Assembly: GCF_052425735.1 (NCBI RefSeq)
Contig: NC_135761.1
Location: 36,952,001 to 37,016,000, forward strand
DNA length: 64,000 bases
DNA from: Oculina patagonica
Taxonomy: Eukaryota
Direction: 5' to 3'
In this document: positions 11,266 to 24,526 of the stretch, piece after piece
How positions within the stretch are numbered: the stretch's first letter is position 1
Layout: each line of letters begins with the position of its first letter
Position numbers and translations under genes: made by a program
Notes under the pieces: generated by a model
Seen by the model: only the letters and a program-made list of their open reading frames with translations
Database searches by the model: none
What the model was told of the DNA's origin: nothing

Positions 11266-12717
11266 GGGATGGACCGTTATATTTTTGAGGGGGTGGGGGG
11301 GGGGGGTTGGGCAATTTTGTCTTGTTAAGAATTTTTTTTTCTCCTTTGGGCTGTGCAAGAATTTTTTGTAGCACCTTAAGGTTGTGCACGAATTTTTTTT
11401 CTTCAGTTTTCAGTCCTCATATTTATTAAAGTACAGTCAACTCTCTTTTAACGGACACCTCTATAAGACGGACACCTCCATAAGACGGACACTTGGTGAT
11501 GGTCCCTGCCGTTTTTCAGTCATTTTACTGTAAGAAAACTCTCTGTAAGACGGACACCTCTCTAAGACGGACAACGGTCAGTTTGAAACTGCCAACGGAC
11601 ACGCACAAATAGTTATTTTTTAGTGAATAATACTTCAAAACTTGTTAGGGCATCAAAGATTTAGCGTTCTACTTACAGTATTACCGTTTGTTATTAACAA
11701 ACAAGTCAAATTTCTGACATTATTGTTGTTCCACTTTATAGTTTTTGCTAACGTAAGCGACTAAAAACAGTCGTGTATTCGTTGTGAATAGCCGTTTAGC
11801 TTTATCGTCTCAAAATTTCTGGTGTCACGTTACCTCGACTCTCTATAAGGCGGACACCTCTCTAAGATGGACAGTTGGAGCCGGTCCCGACGGTATCCGT
11901 CTTACAAAGAGTTGACTGTATCACCAAAAATGAGCATTTCCTTCGCAGATGACATCAAATTCATAATTGTCCTTTACTATCTTGGCATCAATTCTGTTGC
12001 ACAAATCCCAGTTTAAGAGATACAGTTTGTTGAAAGAAAAACATGGTATGTTCCCACCTCTCCATTTATATAAAATATAACAAAACCAAACAACCCCACT
12101 ACCCCCGCCCCCCCCCCTCATAATTCTGAACTACAAAAATATAAAAAAGCATAGCGTGGCATGGGCGATGATCACTGGAAGTCCGCTTTTCGATAAAAGC
12201 GTATGTCGAAACACAACTCTTGCACTTTTTTTGGTCCTGTGAAAGTGCCATAATCTAATTTTCAAATAGTTATTGTTTATTTAATTAAATGAGATATCAG
12301 ATATGTTGAAGATAGCTGAAAGTTAAATTTTAATACAAGTTATATTTTAATATAAAATGATATTTTAAGACATTAATTTTATATTATACCAGATTCAGTG
12401 AAATGGTTCAAATTTATGTTTTAAATACAAGAGATGAATAGAAATGATGTATTTATGATAAGAAACACAAAGAGTTGAATTATTTTACAAACAATTACAC
12501 AGCATTTTTGTCTGTTGAAATAAAATTATGACAAAAATTACAGATTAGTTTTTTATTTGGTCTAACAGGATCCTACGAGTAGAAAGGCTTGCTCGATTTT
12601 TATTTTTCCTTGGCCCGCTGTGCATGATTTTTTTTCCTCTACTTTTGCTGTGCAGGAATTTTTTTTGGTAATAACCCAACCCCCCTCCCCCCCCTCAAAA
12701 ATAAAATGGTCCATCCC
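11266..12717. mobile_element. PIF/Harbinger-type MITE with TAA target duplication
   Basis: TIR GGGATGGACC(G/A)TT.TATTTTTGAGGGGG at both ends; TAA at 11263-11265 and 12718-12720. Confidence 0.85.
11434..11918. mobile_element. Tc1/mariner (pogo-like) MITE with TA target duplication
   Basis: TA-CAGTCAACTCT...AGAGTTGACTG-TA, with internal TAAGACGGACAC repeats. Confidence 0.9.
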
Positions 12718-14082
12718 TAAGAACGACTGCGTGGGAGGCTAACTCGCGCGCGGAGCTGAGCGCTGCGAAGGAACCTCGTTCCCAGGGTCTCGCAAAGAAA
12801 GAGAGTACCATGTGCCAATATAGGCCTGGTTACTCATCGTCACATCACCTTCGACTGTTGCGACTTTTCAGCCATTTCGAAGCCATTTGCAACACATTGG
12901 CAGTTTTTTTACGATAGGGAGAGCTTCAGGTGAGTAAATTAACTTCGTTTACACAAATTTCTTTTCTACCTAAGCAGCTACGGGAGAAATTAGAGGCATT
13001 TTGGTATCTGCTGTTCGGCAGCCATAATTTTCGAACTACAAACCACTCGCTTGCAGATCAGATTCTGCAGATTTAGCTGTGCATATTTGTCTTGCGTCAA
13101 GTGTATATGTTGTGGATTTTGCTTTCCAAAGTATTCCAGTTTCCTTCTTAGCTGTTCCTAGCATTCTAAGTGACTGGTTTGTATATTACAGGTTTCATAT
13201 GGTCTGACTGTGTGTTGGAATGTTCCTGTACAAAGATGGCGGTCAAGAAGCAGAGTCGAGACACTTCATTCACCCTGAAGGTTTTTATATATTCATGTTA
13301 AATAGCAATTTGTGTCTTTTGCTTAAAAGCACTTGAAATTCTTGTCTGTTATTCAATCATTTAAATTTGCACTTTGGTCAATTAATAATAGTAAGGTTAA
13401 ATTGCAGAGTTTTCGGATATTTATGCAGTTCAAAGTCAATGGAAAGAGGTAATCAATTTCCTCATAAACATTTTTGAAAGTCACACTCTTTTGCGTTGAT
13501 GTTTGAAACATATATTTTGCTCAATCTAAGAAAAAGATAACAATAAGTTAAAGTTATTTATACTTTGTTAATAACAAAACATTACAAATCACTTAGTATT
13601 TATATAATTGTATAAAACAAATCCATTTTTTACATGGTGACTTATGGTTACACCATAAGGAACATACTTCTGGCCACCTAGTAACCAGAAACTGGGATAC
13701 AGGCTTTGTGACAGGATTTTTATCAGTGGCATGGGTGCTCAAAGAATTTCTTTCGAAAAAAACACAAAATAAGAAATGGGTCTTTACATGTCCAAAGGAC
13801 ACTCCTGAAATAGTCAGTATATTAATATATAATAACATAGCTTAAAGGGAAGCCACTTGAGCACAAGTAGACTATTCCCTTCACTTTCTGCATTAAGCTG
13901 CTTGTCTCAGAATCATATAGGAAGTTAATTTACTGTGTAACAGGACCAAAACTGGTTTCCCTTTTTATATAAATGTTTAAGAGAAATTGACTGTATATTT
14001 TCTAATGCTAAAAGTATTTTTTAGTGTATTGTTCAGTTAAAGTTTTGTAATGTAAATCGCTTTGGCTCGGTTTTTTACTTAA

Positions 14083-14817
14083 TCCTTTCACCACCACTGG
14101 CCGGTAAACCAGCAAAAAGTAAAAGTCCGTGAACCCCAGTGGCCGGTAAACCGGCCAAACAAAATGCCTGGAAACGATTTTGTTGTTCTTTTGTTTTGGG
14201 AAAAATTTGGGCACTACTTTCCATATTTGGAAAACTTATTTATGCAAATGAAAGCACATGCTTTGAAAACAAAATGGCGGTCTGTTTTCACGAGCTGACG
14301 GATGAAGAAAGCATTGTAAAACGAAGAAGAAAACTTGCCGCGCGATTTTTTTCGCCATTTTCAGCAACAACCAAAAGTGAAGTCAATATTCAAGATCAAA
14401 TTAAACCGTGAATTTCAAGAGTTAAAGTCAAATATCTTCAAAATAGTTCGATCGATTACTAGTGAAGATGTGTAAAACATTTTAAGCGAACTGTAGACCG
14501 TAAACAACAAGAAATTCACTTGAATGTGACAGGGATGCTCTCAAACGATCTTTACATAATGTCGTAAGAGTTGTGCAGCATTTTCACTGTTTTTTTTTTG
14601 TGAATGTTTTGAATGAAATAAATATAACGGTTTTTATGTATTTGTTAGCTGTGAAATTATCTTTGCAGTGATGTATTTTTTAGTTAGATAGGATGTTTGT
14701 AGTGCACGCTAGCTTCGTTTGAAAAATTTGTACACCATTCCTTCCTGAGAAATCGCCATTTTCTAAATGGCCAGTGTTAGGGGCACTTTTCTGTCAAAAC
14801 GTGTGGTGGTGAAAGGG
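14083..14817. mobile_element. piggyBac-type non-autonomous element
   Basis: TTAA-(T)CCTTTCACCACCAC...GTGGTGGTGAAAGGG-TTAA. Confidence 0.85.
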
Positions 14818-15018
14818 TTAAGCTTAGTTCTGTTGATAAAAAGGAAAATATATACTTCTTGGAGATTGAGATTGTCCACTAGGGCACCAGAGATGAATTT
14901 ATCATGCAACACATTTCTTAAAATACATCATGTTTGACAGAACGTTGTAACTCGTATTCATAAATAAAAATGATTAATATGAATCAAAAGTAATGTTTGT
15001 CAGTGTTTTGTTACAATA

Positions 15019-15700
15019 TCATTCATCCTCTTCCAGCTGTCTCCATTTCCAGTCCCTCCAAGTTTCATATTCATGTTGTTCTCTAGGGCTCAGAGGTAAC
15101 CACCCATCACTGTCATCTCGCTGGAAGAGACTCCCTGCATCTATTTCAGTTGCTGTTGTCTCTTTAGTCCATACTTCAAGTGCTTTATCCCACTTGAAAT
15201 ATTTGTATCGTCTTCTGCAATCAACATAACGATCTGGCTTGATAGTGAGGTCACCGTGATGAGGCAGACTACTGATCACACGGATGCACGTTTCATATCG
15301 TCTCTTTAGTCCATACTTCAAGTGCTTTATCCCACTTGAAATATTTGTATCGTCTTCTGGTCTTTCCCTGTCTGACCATCCGCCAGCAATCGAATTCATT
15401 GTATTCCTCCATTGTTAACACAGCGTGGTAACATCCCTTTGGAACAGTCTTATCGCTGGAAGAGACTCCCTGCATCTATTTCAGTTGCTGTTGTCTCTTT
15501 AGTCCATACTTCAAGTGCTTTATCCCACTTGAAATATTTGTATCGTCTTCTGGTCTTTCCATGTCGACCTTCCGCCAGCAATCAAATTCATTGTATTCCT
15601 CCATTGTTAACACAGCGTGGTAACATCCCTTTGGAACAGTCTTATCGCTTCTCTTGTGCCATTCATAAAGAAATCGTTCCACAATTGGAGTGAGTCCCAT
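15019..15700 (-). pseudogene. Unidentified coding relic with internal duplications (~194-bp tandem plus partial third copy)
   Basis: RRRYKYFKWDKALEVWTKET is encoded three times and CYHAVLTMEEYNEFDCWR twice, with frameshifts. Confidence 0.5.
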
Positions 15701-18700
15701 GATTACATTTTCATGACACTTTGAGTACATATTTGACAAGTAATTTACCTTAAAAAGTAAAATAGATAACCATAAGTACAGGAAGGAAAATTTGGTTTTT
15801 ATATTAAGTAGATATGTCCAGGATTGAACGCTAATGAGATGCACGTTCCACATGACAGGCATCACAAGGTGTCCTCATTAATAAAAGTTCACCAAAACAC
15901 ACCAAAATCTGCCATATATGAAGTAATATGGAAATGTCAAATAACACAGTCAAACATGAAGTACTCATTGAACAATACTTACTTTCAATCCTGGACATAA
16001 GTGATATTAACTAGAATGCCACCTTATTTATATTTCAATATGATCTATTTATTTCTACCCTTCTGCTACATGTATCGTTGTGTTTAGTTACAGGAGCGGA
16101 TCGAAACCTCCTGATAAGTGGGTGCCCCAATCATCAAGAGTAGACTTGCAATAAGAGGGGAGCGCATTCTCAAAAATAACCCCTTTAGGCCCTACTAGCC
16201 TGCGTAGTAGTAATAGTCAATATATAATAACATAGCTTAAAGGGTAGTCACTTGAGCACATTAGACTATTCCCTTCACTTTCTGCATTGCATTTCTGATG
16301 CAATGGCTCAACAAAATTTTTTGGCAAGGTAAATCAAAGGGAAGGCAATGAAAGTCTGGGTTTCTTTGAATTAAGGTTTCATGTAATGGCCTGACATACA
16401 TGGTGCAAAGAGTTCAAGAAGGTTTTAATTGTTTTACATATCTGAGTGACTATTATAAAAGTACAAAATCCTTCCACTTATGACAAACTTATGTCAGAAT
16501 TTTAAGAGTTTTTTTTAATCATCTTTGTCCGATCTTTCACTTTTTGTGTTTTGCTGCAGCCGCAATGGCTGCAAGCAAAACACATTGAGAGCTGAAGTTT
16601 GTGCCGTAAGGTGGTAAGTGCCGTAAGGTGTAAGTGCCGTAACAGAGGAGAAATCTGAACTACCGATGTCAATCAAATCCATGAACAAACAAAATCGAAA
16701 CCAATGAACCGTAGCGCTGATCGCATTCGAAGTTACGGGCCAAAGTATTCGAACGCAAACCACGTTGGACACGTTGGAAAACAGAAAACCGATTTAAAAG
16801 TATATCGCATTGGGAAAGAAAACAAACTGTGGCGCGACCACTCCAGTTTTATGAGAAAATTATTCTGCAGTTTTCATCATTTACGAAAAGAGCGAAGACT
16901 TGGAACCTCGCCGAAGGTCATAAATATTTTCTCCAAAGGACCGGTTAGTGCACAGTTTGTAAACTTTCGCTTTGAAAATAAACTTACCCTCACCTTGTCT
17001 ACACTGTCTACAGCATACTAGTACTGTATTAACTCTGAACTTCATATTTTAAAATAAAATGTATGAACGTGTAACTTGTCACGCAAAGACAGCTGGAAAG
17101 GAATATACCATGCTGGTAGGCTGCACCGCTAATTGTAGCTGTATTCGAGCTATATAAAAGACAGCTAGAAACGAATTAATACTAGTAACATCACAATGGG
17201 AAAGAAACTTATTCAGTGGTGCACACCGTCGAAAACAAAGAAATATTAAAGGAAGTTCTCATTCACCAGATTCACTGCATCAGATGCAACATTCGTCAGT
17301 TCGTGTTTAAATGCGTGGCGACCAGTTTGTTTACTAGTTATTAAAAAATAATACGGTCTTCATTTAATAAACAGTTCATCCTTAAATTTCAGCTTTTCTA
17401 CGACTGACAGGTAGGTACTATAGTATAAGCCCCGCTAAAATAGCTGGAAAGGGAAAGGTTTTTGAAAAATGAATTTTTGACTGCCAGACGCGCTGGCGCC
17501 ACATGTTTATTTTGTGCGGAAGATTAATTAAACGCCGTGAAAAATAGAATTTGATGTCCAGCGAGCCACTGCATCTTCGGCTACGCAGTCCTCAGTGAAT
17601 CCTCCAACTTCACAAATTTCTAAAACTTTAAGAAAACGAACTTTCGCAGAATCAAAAATTGGTCCTTATCGATCTTCCGATCTTGTTGTGAAGACACTGA
17701 AATTCGACGAGTGTTCATGCGTGAAGGGATGACTGACGAATGATAATAATTATTTGTAAACTTTCGCTTTCAAAATGAACTTTGCGTTACGTTCAACAAG
17801 CAGCAAAACACATGGACCCATTGGGGCCCTATTTTTAGAATTGACAACACAGCAGTCTGCTTTAATTGTTCCTCCATAGGAATTCATTTCCTCTTCATGT
17901 TTATAATAGAAGTTTTTAAAACTCCATTGTTCAGTCGATCCTTAAGCTCTTTAAATTGCAAATAACAACAATATTGTGATTTGGATTAAAATTATTTCAT
18001 TTAAATGATTTACATTGACATCACATCTGGTATGAGAGCATTTCCTCGTTCATTGTTTGTAAGACCCATGTGGGAATTACATTGCAAGCTTCGAAAAATA
18101 TCAGCTGGTTTTGTACTTGCTGGCTAACGTACTTAGGGACTTTTTCACATCGTCTTCCGATTGAGTTTTTCTAAGCTGGCAGTCAAGGATCTAATAAAGC
18201 ACGCCAAGGTCTTGATCCATCTTTTCACAACAGCATGGTTGACGGTTTACATGACTGTAGTTCAACTGATCGAGGAAATATAGCTGCTTTGTGAGTCAAA
18301 AAAGTGTGCTGTCATATGAAACCCAATGAAATTTTGTTTGAAAATGGGAAAATTTCGACCTTTTTGTAAAAATTGCTCACTTGATCTAGTTTTATAAAAG
18401 AACGCCAGAGAAGTTAAGGCTCAAATCATTAAGTGCAAGCTTTTCTTGTTTCAGCAGTTTATTTGTCGAGAGTTAAAAAAATTAAGAAAGTTGCAAGAAC
18501 ATTAATTAGGTTGAGTTTCTATTCTTGCGACCACCAGGCTGAAAGAACTGCCATTTGAAGACTCTTTGAATGATAATCTAAGCCTTGTAATTTGATAAAG
18601 AAATGGATTGATTTAAACTTATGGAACTGCCAACAATCTTATATTTAAATCTTTTTTGCAGTTCACCAAAAGTTTAATTTCACACGCAGCGGAGTGATTG

Positions 18701-19669
18701 TTACTATTTTTAGCGGTCACAGCATTTTGACAAACTTGTGATATCCTACGAAAAGTCCATTATTAACGTAAATACATTTGTATATTTTAAACCCTTATAT
18801 TGTTAAGAACTTTTTGAGTTATTAATTCTTTTAAGCTAAATGACAATTACAATTTATCAAGATTTAGAGTGCAACAAGTCGTTGCTAAATTAATCTATTC
18901 CTTCAGAACAACTGCAGACGAAGCCAAAGAGGCAGAAATTTGCATACAAAGAATTTTATTTTATGTTAACACTAACGCACTGCACTAACAAAAACTGTTG
19001 ATACCAAAATAAATGAGAACTAAACCATTTCAAGGAAAAAATCAAGATTTTCAACCCATATTTTTGCAATGTTCGTGCAGTTTGTCGCATCCAAAGTCAA
19101 GCTCTTGTTAAATCATGTGGAACGACCTACAGTGTGGAACGGCGAAGAAGAGGGCCGGGTGCCTGGCCGGGCGTCCAGTTTTATTTTTCAGTCGCCCCAA
19201 GACCAAATGTTAGTCGCCTGAGGCGACCGGGCACCGCTAGAGCACAGCCTTGGTCTTCTTGCAAAGACACCTCCTGATCTTTGGACAAGAGTTAGAAACA
19301 AAAGGGCTTGCTTGTTGTGTTCTTCACAGGTAAAATGACTCAGTGAAGCAAACAAACTTTAATACACAATGAATAAACAAGAACTGACTAGAAATTTACA
19401 AGCACATTGTCTTTACGATAACAAATATTAACAAGTGACATAAAAGCTCTGAGTAATGTAACTACCAAAGGGTTAATCAAAACAACATTGCTGATATCGC
19501 TGTTCAAATACAGAACCAACAACTGGAAATTTCTCAACAAATGTCAATTTCTCACCACTGTTCCCTCCACTTTCTCCCCCTTTTCCTCTCCATTCACTTC
19601 TTCATTGCTGAATAATTCTAGCTCATCATTTTTCTCTGCTTTATCACTTTTGCTTACATTGCCATCTTG

Positions 19670-20140
19670 GCCTGACATACATGGTGCAAAGAATTCAGGG
19701 ATCTTTTAATAGTTTGGTATTTGAGTGACTATTATAAAAGTAAAATATCCACTTATGATAAACTAATGTCAAAATTATAAGAGCTTTGCAAGTCCTTCAC
19801 TGTCTAAAGACACTGATGGTGCCACAGGTTTAAAAAACTCTTCATGATAGATGTCTCTGTCATGAAAAGGACTTCTTCTGTGCACGTCATCATCACATTT
19901 TGCACACATTATGTCCTTCAACCCACACTGCAGACACCGGACATGAGCTTGGTCTTTCCTGCAGTGAACTTAAAGACTAGATGGTGAAAGGGATTCTATC
20001 TCTATCAGTGACATCATAATTTTAGGTCGTTTGCTGGCCCAGCTTTTGCCCAGATCTTACATCCTTGCAGTTTAACTCTTCTGGACTGTTGGTCGCTTGG
20101 TATAAGGTGAGCATTCATCAAAGAGTTTATCTAAATCTAC
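19670..20140 (-). pseudogene. Cys/His cluster resembling the CxC3-associated N-terminus of KDZ (Kyakuja-Dileera-Zisupton) transposases
   Basis: Minus-strand HCRKDQAHVRCLQCGLKDIMCAKCDDDVHRRSPFHDRDIYHEEFFKPVAP, with stops nearby. Partial diverged copies of the flank occur at ~16355-16530 and ~20214-20385. Confidence 0.55.
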
Positions 20141-20689
20141 AAAAAATAACAATTTTGTGTAAAACATAAGTAACTTAACATAACATTATGACTGAGAAAC
20201 TACCTCTACTACCTCTGGGTTTCTTTGAATTCAGGTTTCATGCAATGGCCTGACATACATGGTGCAAAGAATTCAGAGATTTTTTAATAGTTTTGTATCT
20301 GAGTGACTATTATAAAAGTAAAATATCCACTTATGACAAACTCATGTCAGAATTTTAAGAGTTTTTCGAATCCTCCTTGTCCCATTTTCCACTTGTCCTC
20401 TTTAAGTTAATAATAGAAATGTTCAAAATTTCCTTCTTCTTGAGTGATATAAACAGTTTTGGAATTTTGTGTCGACTACCGTAGCCCATGATGTGCCATT
20501 TGCCAAGATGCTCCATTTCTAAAACATATGACATTGCAGTCTTTTATATTTATGTGCTTGTGCCTTGCTTGCAAGGAAACCTCCTGATCTTTGGACCTGA
20601 GGTAGGAACAATTGGAGAGGGCTTGCCAATTAAGAACCACGTCCATCACGATTGGAAAGGCGTAAAAAATTAACGATCTACCATAACCA

Positions 20690-21190
20690 GTTGGCAGACT
20701 TGCATAAACGTCTTTCCCATCATGTTGGTTTGCTCCTGGGAATTAACTGTGCACGTGCCATCAAGCCAAGGGAGGTAATTCCAGGGAGCGATGATGATCC
20801 TTATGCGAAGAGAACCGCTCTCGGTTGGGGAGTAATTGGCATGGTTTCCTCTGATGCTTGCGAGTGTGAAGAACTGGGAGTAAACCACATTATTAGTCGT
20901 GAAGTACAGCATGACCCAAAGAAGACCTGTCACTTCACCTTTAAGACGCACACTAAGGAGATACTAAACCCACTTCAAATAACCAAGATGTTCGAACAGG
21001 ACTTTGTCGAGACAAGGCGGGAGGAGAGACCATTTTCCTTTGAAGATAGAAAATTTATGAAGAAGATGACAGACGGTGTTCACCAAGGGAAGGACAATCA
21101 TTACGAACTGCCCCTACCATTAAGGGAAGAATCTCTCAAGTTACCAAACAACAGGGAGGTAGCTTTAAATCGATTAAACAAGCTCAGGTG
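20690..21190 (+). mobile_element. BEL/Pao LTR-retrotransposon pol fragment (protease-RT linker)
   Basis: VGLLLGINCARAIKPREVIPG..DPYAKRTALGWGVIG...EDRKF...HYELPLPLR...LPNNREVALNRL. Confidence 0.9.
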
Positions 21191-21379
21191 GCAGACTTGC
21201 ATTCTTCCCATCACATAGAGACTTCTAGAATGTCTCACTCAAGGCAAATGACGTGATACATACACCCTTCTTCTATATCTATATAGTGGGGTCTGGCAAA
21301 AGGAGACATGCTCCCATCACTGCAAGACTATTATAAAAAAAAAAATAATATGCAAGGGGGGGGGCGGGGGCTTAAAAAT

Positions 21380-21610
21380 GTACAATAAAATATGTACATA
21401 ATTTAAAAAGATTACAAGAAAAGAAAAATTGAAAAAAAAACCTATACATCAAGTTAATTTAGATTAAAAATTAAAACCTAATTATAATGTCATCACTCGA
21501 ATCTAAGAGCGTTCTTGAATAATTAACGTTTTTAACATCTAGAACATCATTGGGTGAGGCATTCCATTCTCTGATAGTTCTAACAATAAAACATACATTT
21601 TATTTATTAC
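21380..21610 (-). mobile_element. 3' tail of an L2/CR1-group LINE
   Basis: Minus-strand FIVRTIREWNASPNDV resembles the FxxRTIxxWNxLP ORF2 C-terminus, followed by an AT-rich 3' UTR. Confidence 0.6.
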
Positions 21611-21849
21611 AAAAAACATCTTCTTGTTCACTGTCCATCTGGCTGCACACACGACAGGTGGCAACGGTGGTTGTTTTGTTTATTCAGACCATGATGAAAG
21701 ACAACCAGAAAGCTTTACTTGGAAGTTTTTTTGAGTGAATTTGTTCCAAAACAAAAAACGTGTGGCTTTTGCATGCAATTACATCACTGCCAGCTGCAGG
21801 TGTACACTAAAACTGCCATGCAGCAAAAGTCACTCCTTGTGTTCGTTGA

Positions 21850-22665
21850 TTTTTATCCTCCCTTTTACATCTTCTTCTACCTCTCAGCGTTCCAGCGACC
21901 GGAGCACTGGCCATGCCAGAACCTAATAATATTTACAACAAGTAATGAACAAAAGAGGCTCGGGCAGCGATTACATCAGTAGGCAGAAGAAAATACATAC
22001 ACAGCTGCCTGGCTAAGGTAAGCTAATACATATATAAGAGCGGCTAGCTGGCTTGGCGGCCCCAACACCATTGAAGCGAAGGCAATAAATAGATGGGCTC
22101 ATTATTTAAGCGTGGTGAGCTTGTCCACATGTACCGGTCGGAGGACTCGGCGTTTTCAGGGTGTTCCAGCATCATAACAGGATGCGGAAGGTGCTCTTGT
22201 GGAAGTGCTGGTAGATCCACAGGCCTCTCTCGCAGGTGACAGCTGAGAGTAGGCTGAGTATAGGCCGCCCCAGAGCCATCGACACCGACAAGGTCTCGGC
22301 TGACGCACGGGCCATCAGCCCCCTCCAGTTGAGCGTCACAGAGGAAAAGTGCACCCGTTTGTTACTGACATTGCGCTCAATCCAGCATCGGATGTCCGGC
22401 ACATCGTAATACTGAACCTTACGCAGGTGGCATTCGTTCAATACCGTGTTATCCGCCATGATAGTCAGATAGACGTGTCCCTCTCTCTTGTGTTTTTTGA
22501 GTTGGTATAGCGGGCTCACGGATGCATGTCCATCCACGTTTACAAGCGGTGGTCTGGATCACGGTTGCAATTCTATCGTGTCGGGCGATCCGTGAAGCAT
22601 GAGTTCGTGGGCACACCTGGAGGATGTGCCCCAAGGTCTCAGGGCGCCCGCATGCATCGCTACCT
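21850..22665 (-). mobile_element. 5'-truncated R2-group (restriction-like endonuclease) non-LTR retrotransposon
   Basis: DACGRPETLGHILQVC (CCHC), RIARHDRI, IREPAIPT, RKVQYYD and VTLNWRG; a frameshift/deletion near 22490; a 3' UTR to the left of 22172. Confidence 0.88.
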
Positions 22666-23329
22666 TGTATGTGCATTTGGTATCCAGTAACTGACATCCT
22701 TTTTCATCCTTTTTTTGTTATCCGCTCTTTACAACTGGTAGTCTACACTGTTCTTATCAAGGTGGGAATGGAGTTTACATTCCTCCATGCTATTGATATG
22801 GCCTCTTCAGTGCTGTGTTTATCACAACAATGACAACATATTTCAGAACACATCTGTAAGGAATAGCTGCGGCATCTCAAGTTACATATATGGCCTAACT
22901 GAGAAATATCCATGGAGTGGTGAGCCAAGCAGAGATGCATGTACTTTCTTTTGAACTTTTAACTGTCTTTCCCTTCGGTGATACATACTTGTGATGCGTC
23001 TGTTCGGACAAGACTTAGCACTGTGTAGCTGTCACCATGGGGTGGTGAGCCAAGAAGAGAGGCATTTCCTCATACATTCCAATACAAGGAATGTGGCTGA
23101 AGTAGCTGTTGACCACATTAACAATATTTGATGGACGCTTCCTAAACCTTTTTGAGCAAGTTCAAGTCATGGTTGCTAGGCAACCAGTACCAAGCATGTT
23201 ATTGTAAAAACCAAAACCAAGCGACTCAGTTTCCGAGTGTTTGCTTTTTGGGATCTTAAGTTAGTATGGAGACACTGTGTTTGCTAGCTAATGAATGTAT
23301 GCCATGAAAAGGATTACTTACATGGTGAA

Positions 23330-24005
23330 GAAAAACAATTTGTGAACAATATAAAGAAAAAAATTACTTGTCATCGCACGGAACATTAGTAAGGGATATG
23401 ATTCCTGACAATTGTCTGTTTATGAAATGACGGAATCATGTTCGTATGCATGATGTGTACATGTGAACCTTGTTTGGAGGGTTTTGTATTTCTGCATAAG
23501 GATTGTGATGGTGCCATCCACCTGCAAGAGTGCAACATTCCTGTTACGGAAGTGGACGACAATGAAAGGCTCTTAAGGCTTCCCGTGAACGCTTCCCGTG
23601 AACGCTTCCCGTGAACGCTTCCCGTGAACGTTCCCTTTTTGTCCTTGCCACTTTAAAACGCGACCGCTGTAGGTATCTTGCTTGGAGCACTTCCTTCCTC
23701 CCTTAAAAGAAAGAGAGTGCAGAGTGTATTTGTGCATGTGGATTATGATGGTGCCTGCCATCCACCACCTGCAAGAGTGAAACATTGCTGTTTTGAAAGT
23801 GGGCGGCAGTGAAGGGCTTTTCAATTTCTGCTTCCCAGACAATCTGCAGGGTCCTAAATTCTAACCCTCATTCTGGTGGAATATGGCAATCCAACAATAA
23901 TAGGAGAAGGTTGCTGGCTTCCCGTTCACGTTCTCTTTTTGTCCTTGCCAATTCAAAACGCCACCACTGTAGGTATCTCACTTGGAGCACGTCCTCCCTT
24001 TCTTA
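23330..24005 (-). pseudogene. Duplicated exon-like relic, tentatively tyrosine-recombinase-like
   Basis: Two diverged tandem copies (~23480-23727 and ~23728-24027), each ending in a polypyrimidine-AG acceptor on the minus strand. Peptides include LLLLDCHIPPE*GLEFRTLQIV and ITILMQKYKT. A 14-bp GCTTCCCGTGAAC-type microrepeat (x4) lies at 23578-23630. Confidence 0.35.
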
Positions 24006-24526
24006 AAAGAAAGAGAGTGCAGAGTGAAATAAGTGTAGACATGAATGAATAAATTGATAATCCCATGAAAGACGCCAATGAAACCTTCGTATCCATTTCA
24101 TTTTGTTTCATTTTAATGGTAATTGAATTTCTGATGTTTTTACTGGGTAACGGAAGTGTTTATAAATATAATTCCCAACCACACAGGTGCGGATTGATTT
24201 GAAAACTTATCCATTCTACCTACCAGTCAAGCCATATGTTCAGCACTCTAAGCTGTTGGCGTGTAGTCGTCCATTCCATGTTGCCCTGTTTCTAAAACGC
24301 AGTTGCGGTCCTGTGCAGTGGTCATATCAGGGGGACATCCGTAATATTTCAAGGGGTACAGCAGGCTGCTCGCTTGGTTGGCGATTGTGGCGTTTAATAA
24401 ATTACACACGCGCAGTAAAATAATACATAATTTTTAAATTCTAGCAAAGTTCCTGTTTTTGTATGTGTAAATATAAGATTAGCTGTGTTTTGGACAAGTG
24501 TCCAAAATAAGAGTGTCCGAAAAAAA

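Larger units (their letters stand above)
11197..12741. mobile_element. Short palindromic MITE (outer element of the nested set)
   Basis: Ends TAGCCTCCCATGCAGTCGTTCTTAGGG and CCCTAAGAACGACTGCGTGGGAGGCTA are inverted repeats. Confidence 0.8.

Noticed and set aside
22743-22940. Reverse-transcriptase motif (KHSTEEAI)
   Set aside because: It is an isolated short resemblance with no neighbouring RT motifs.
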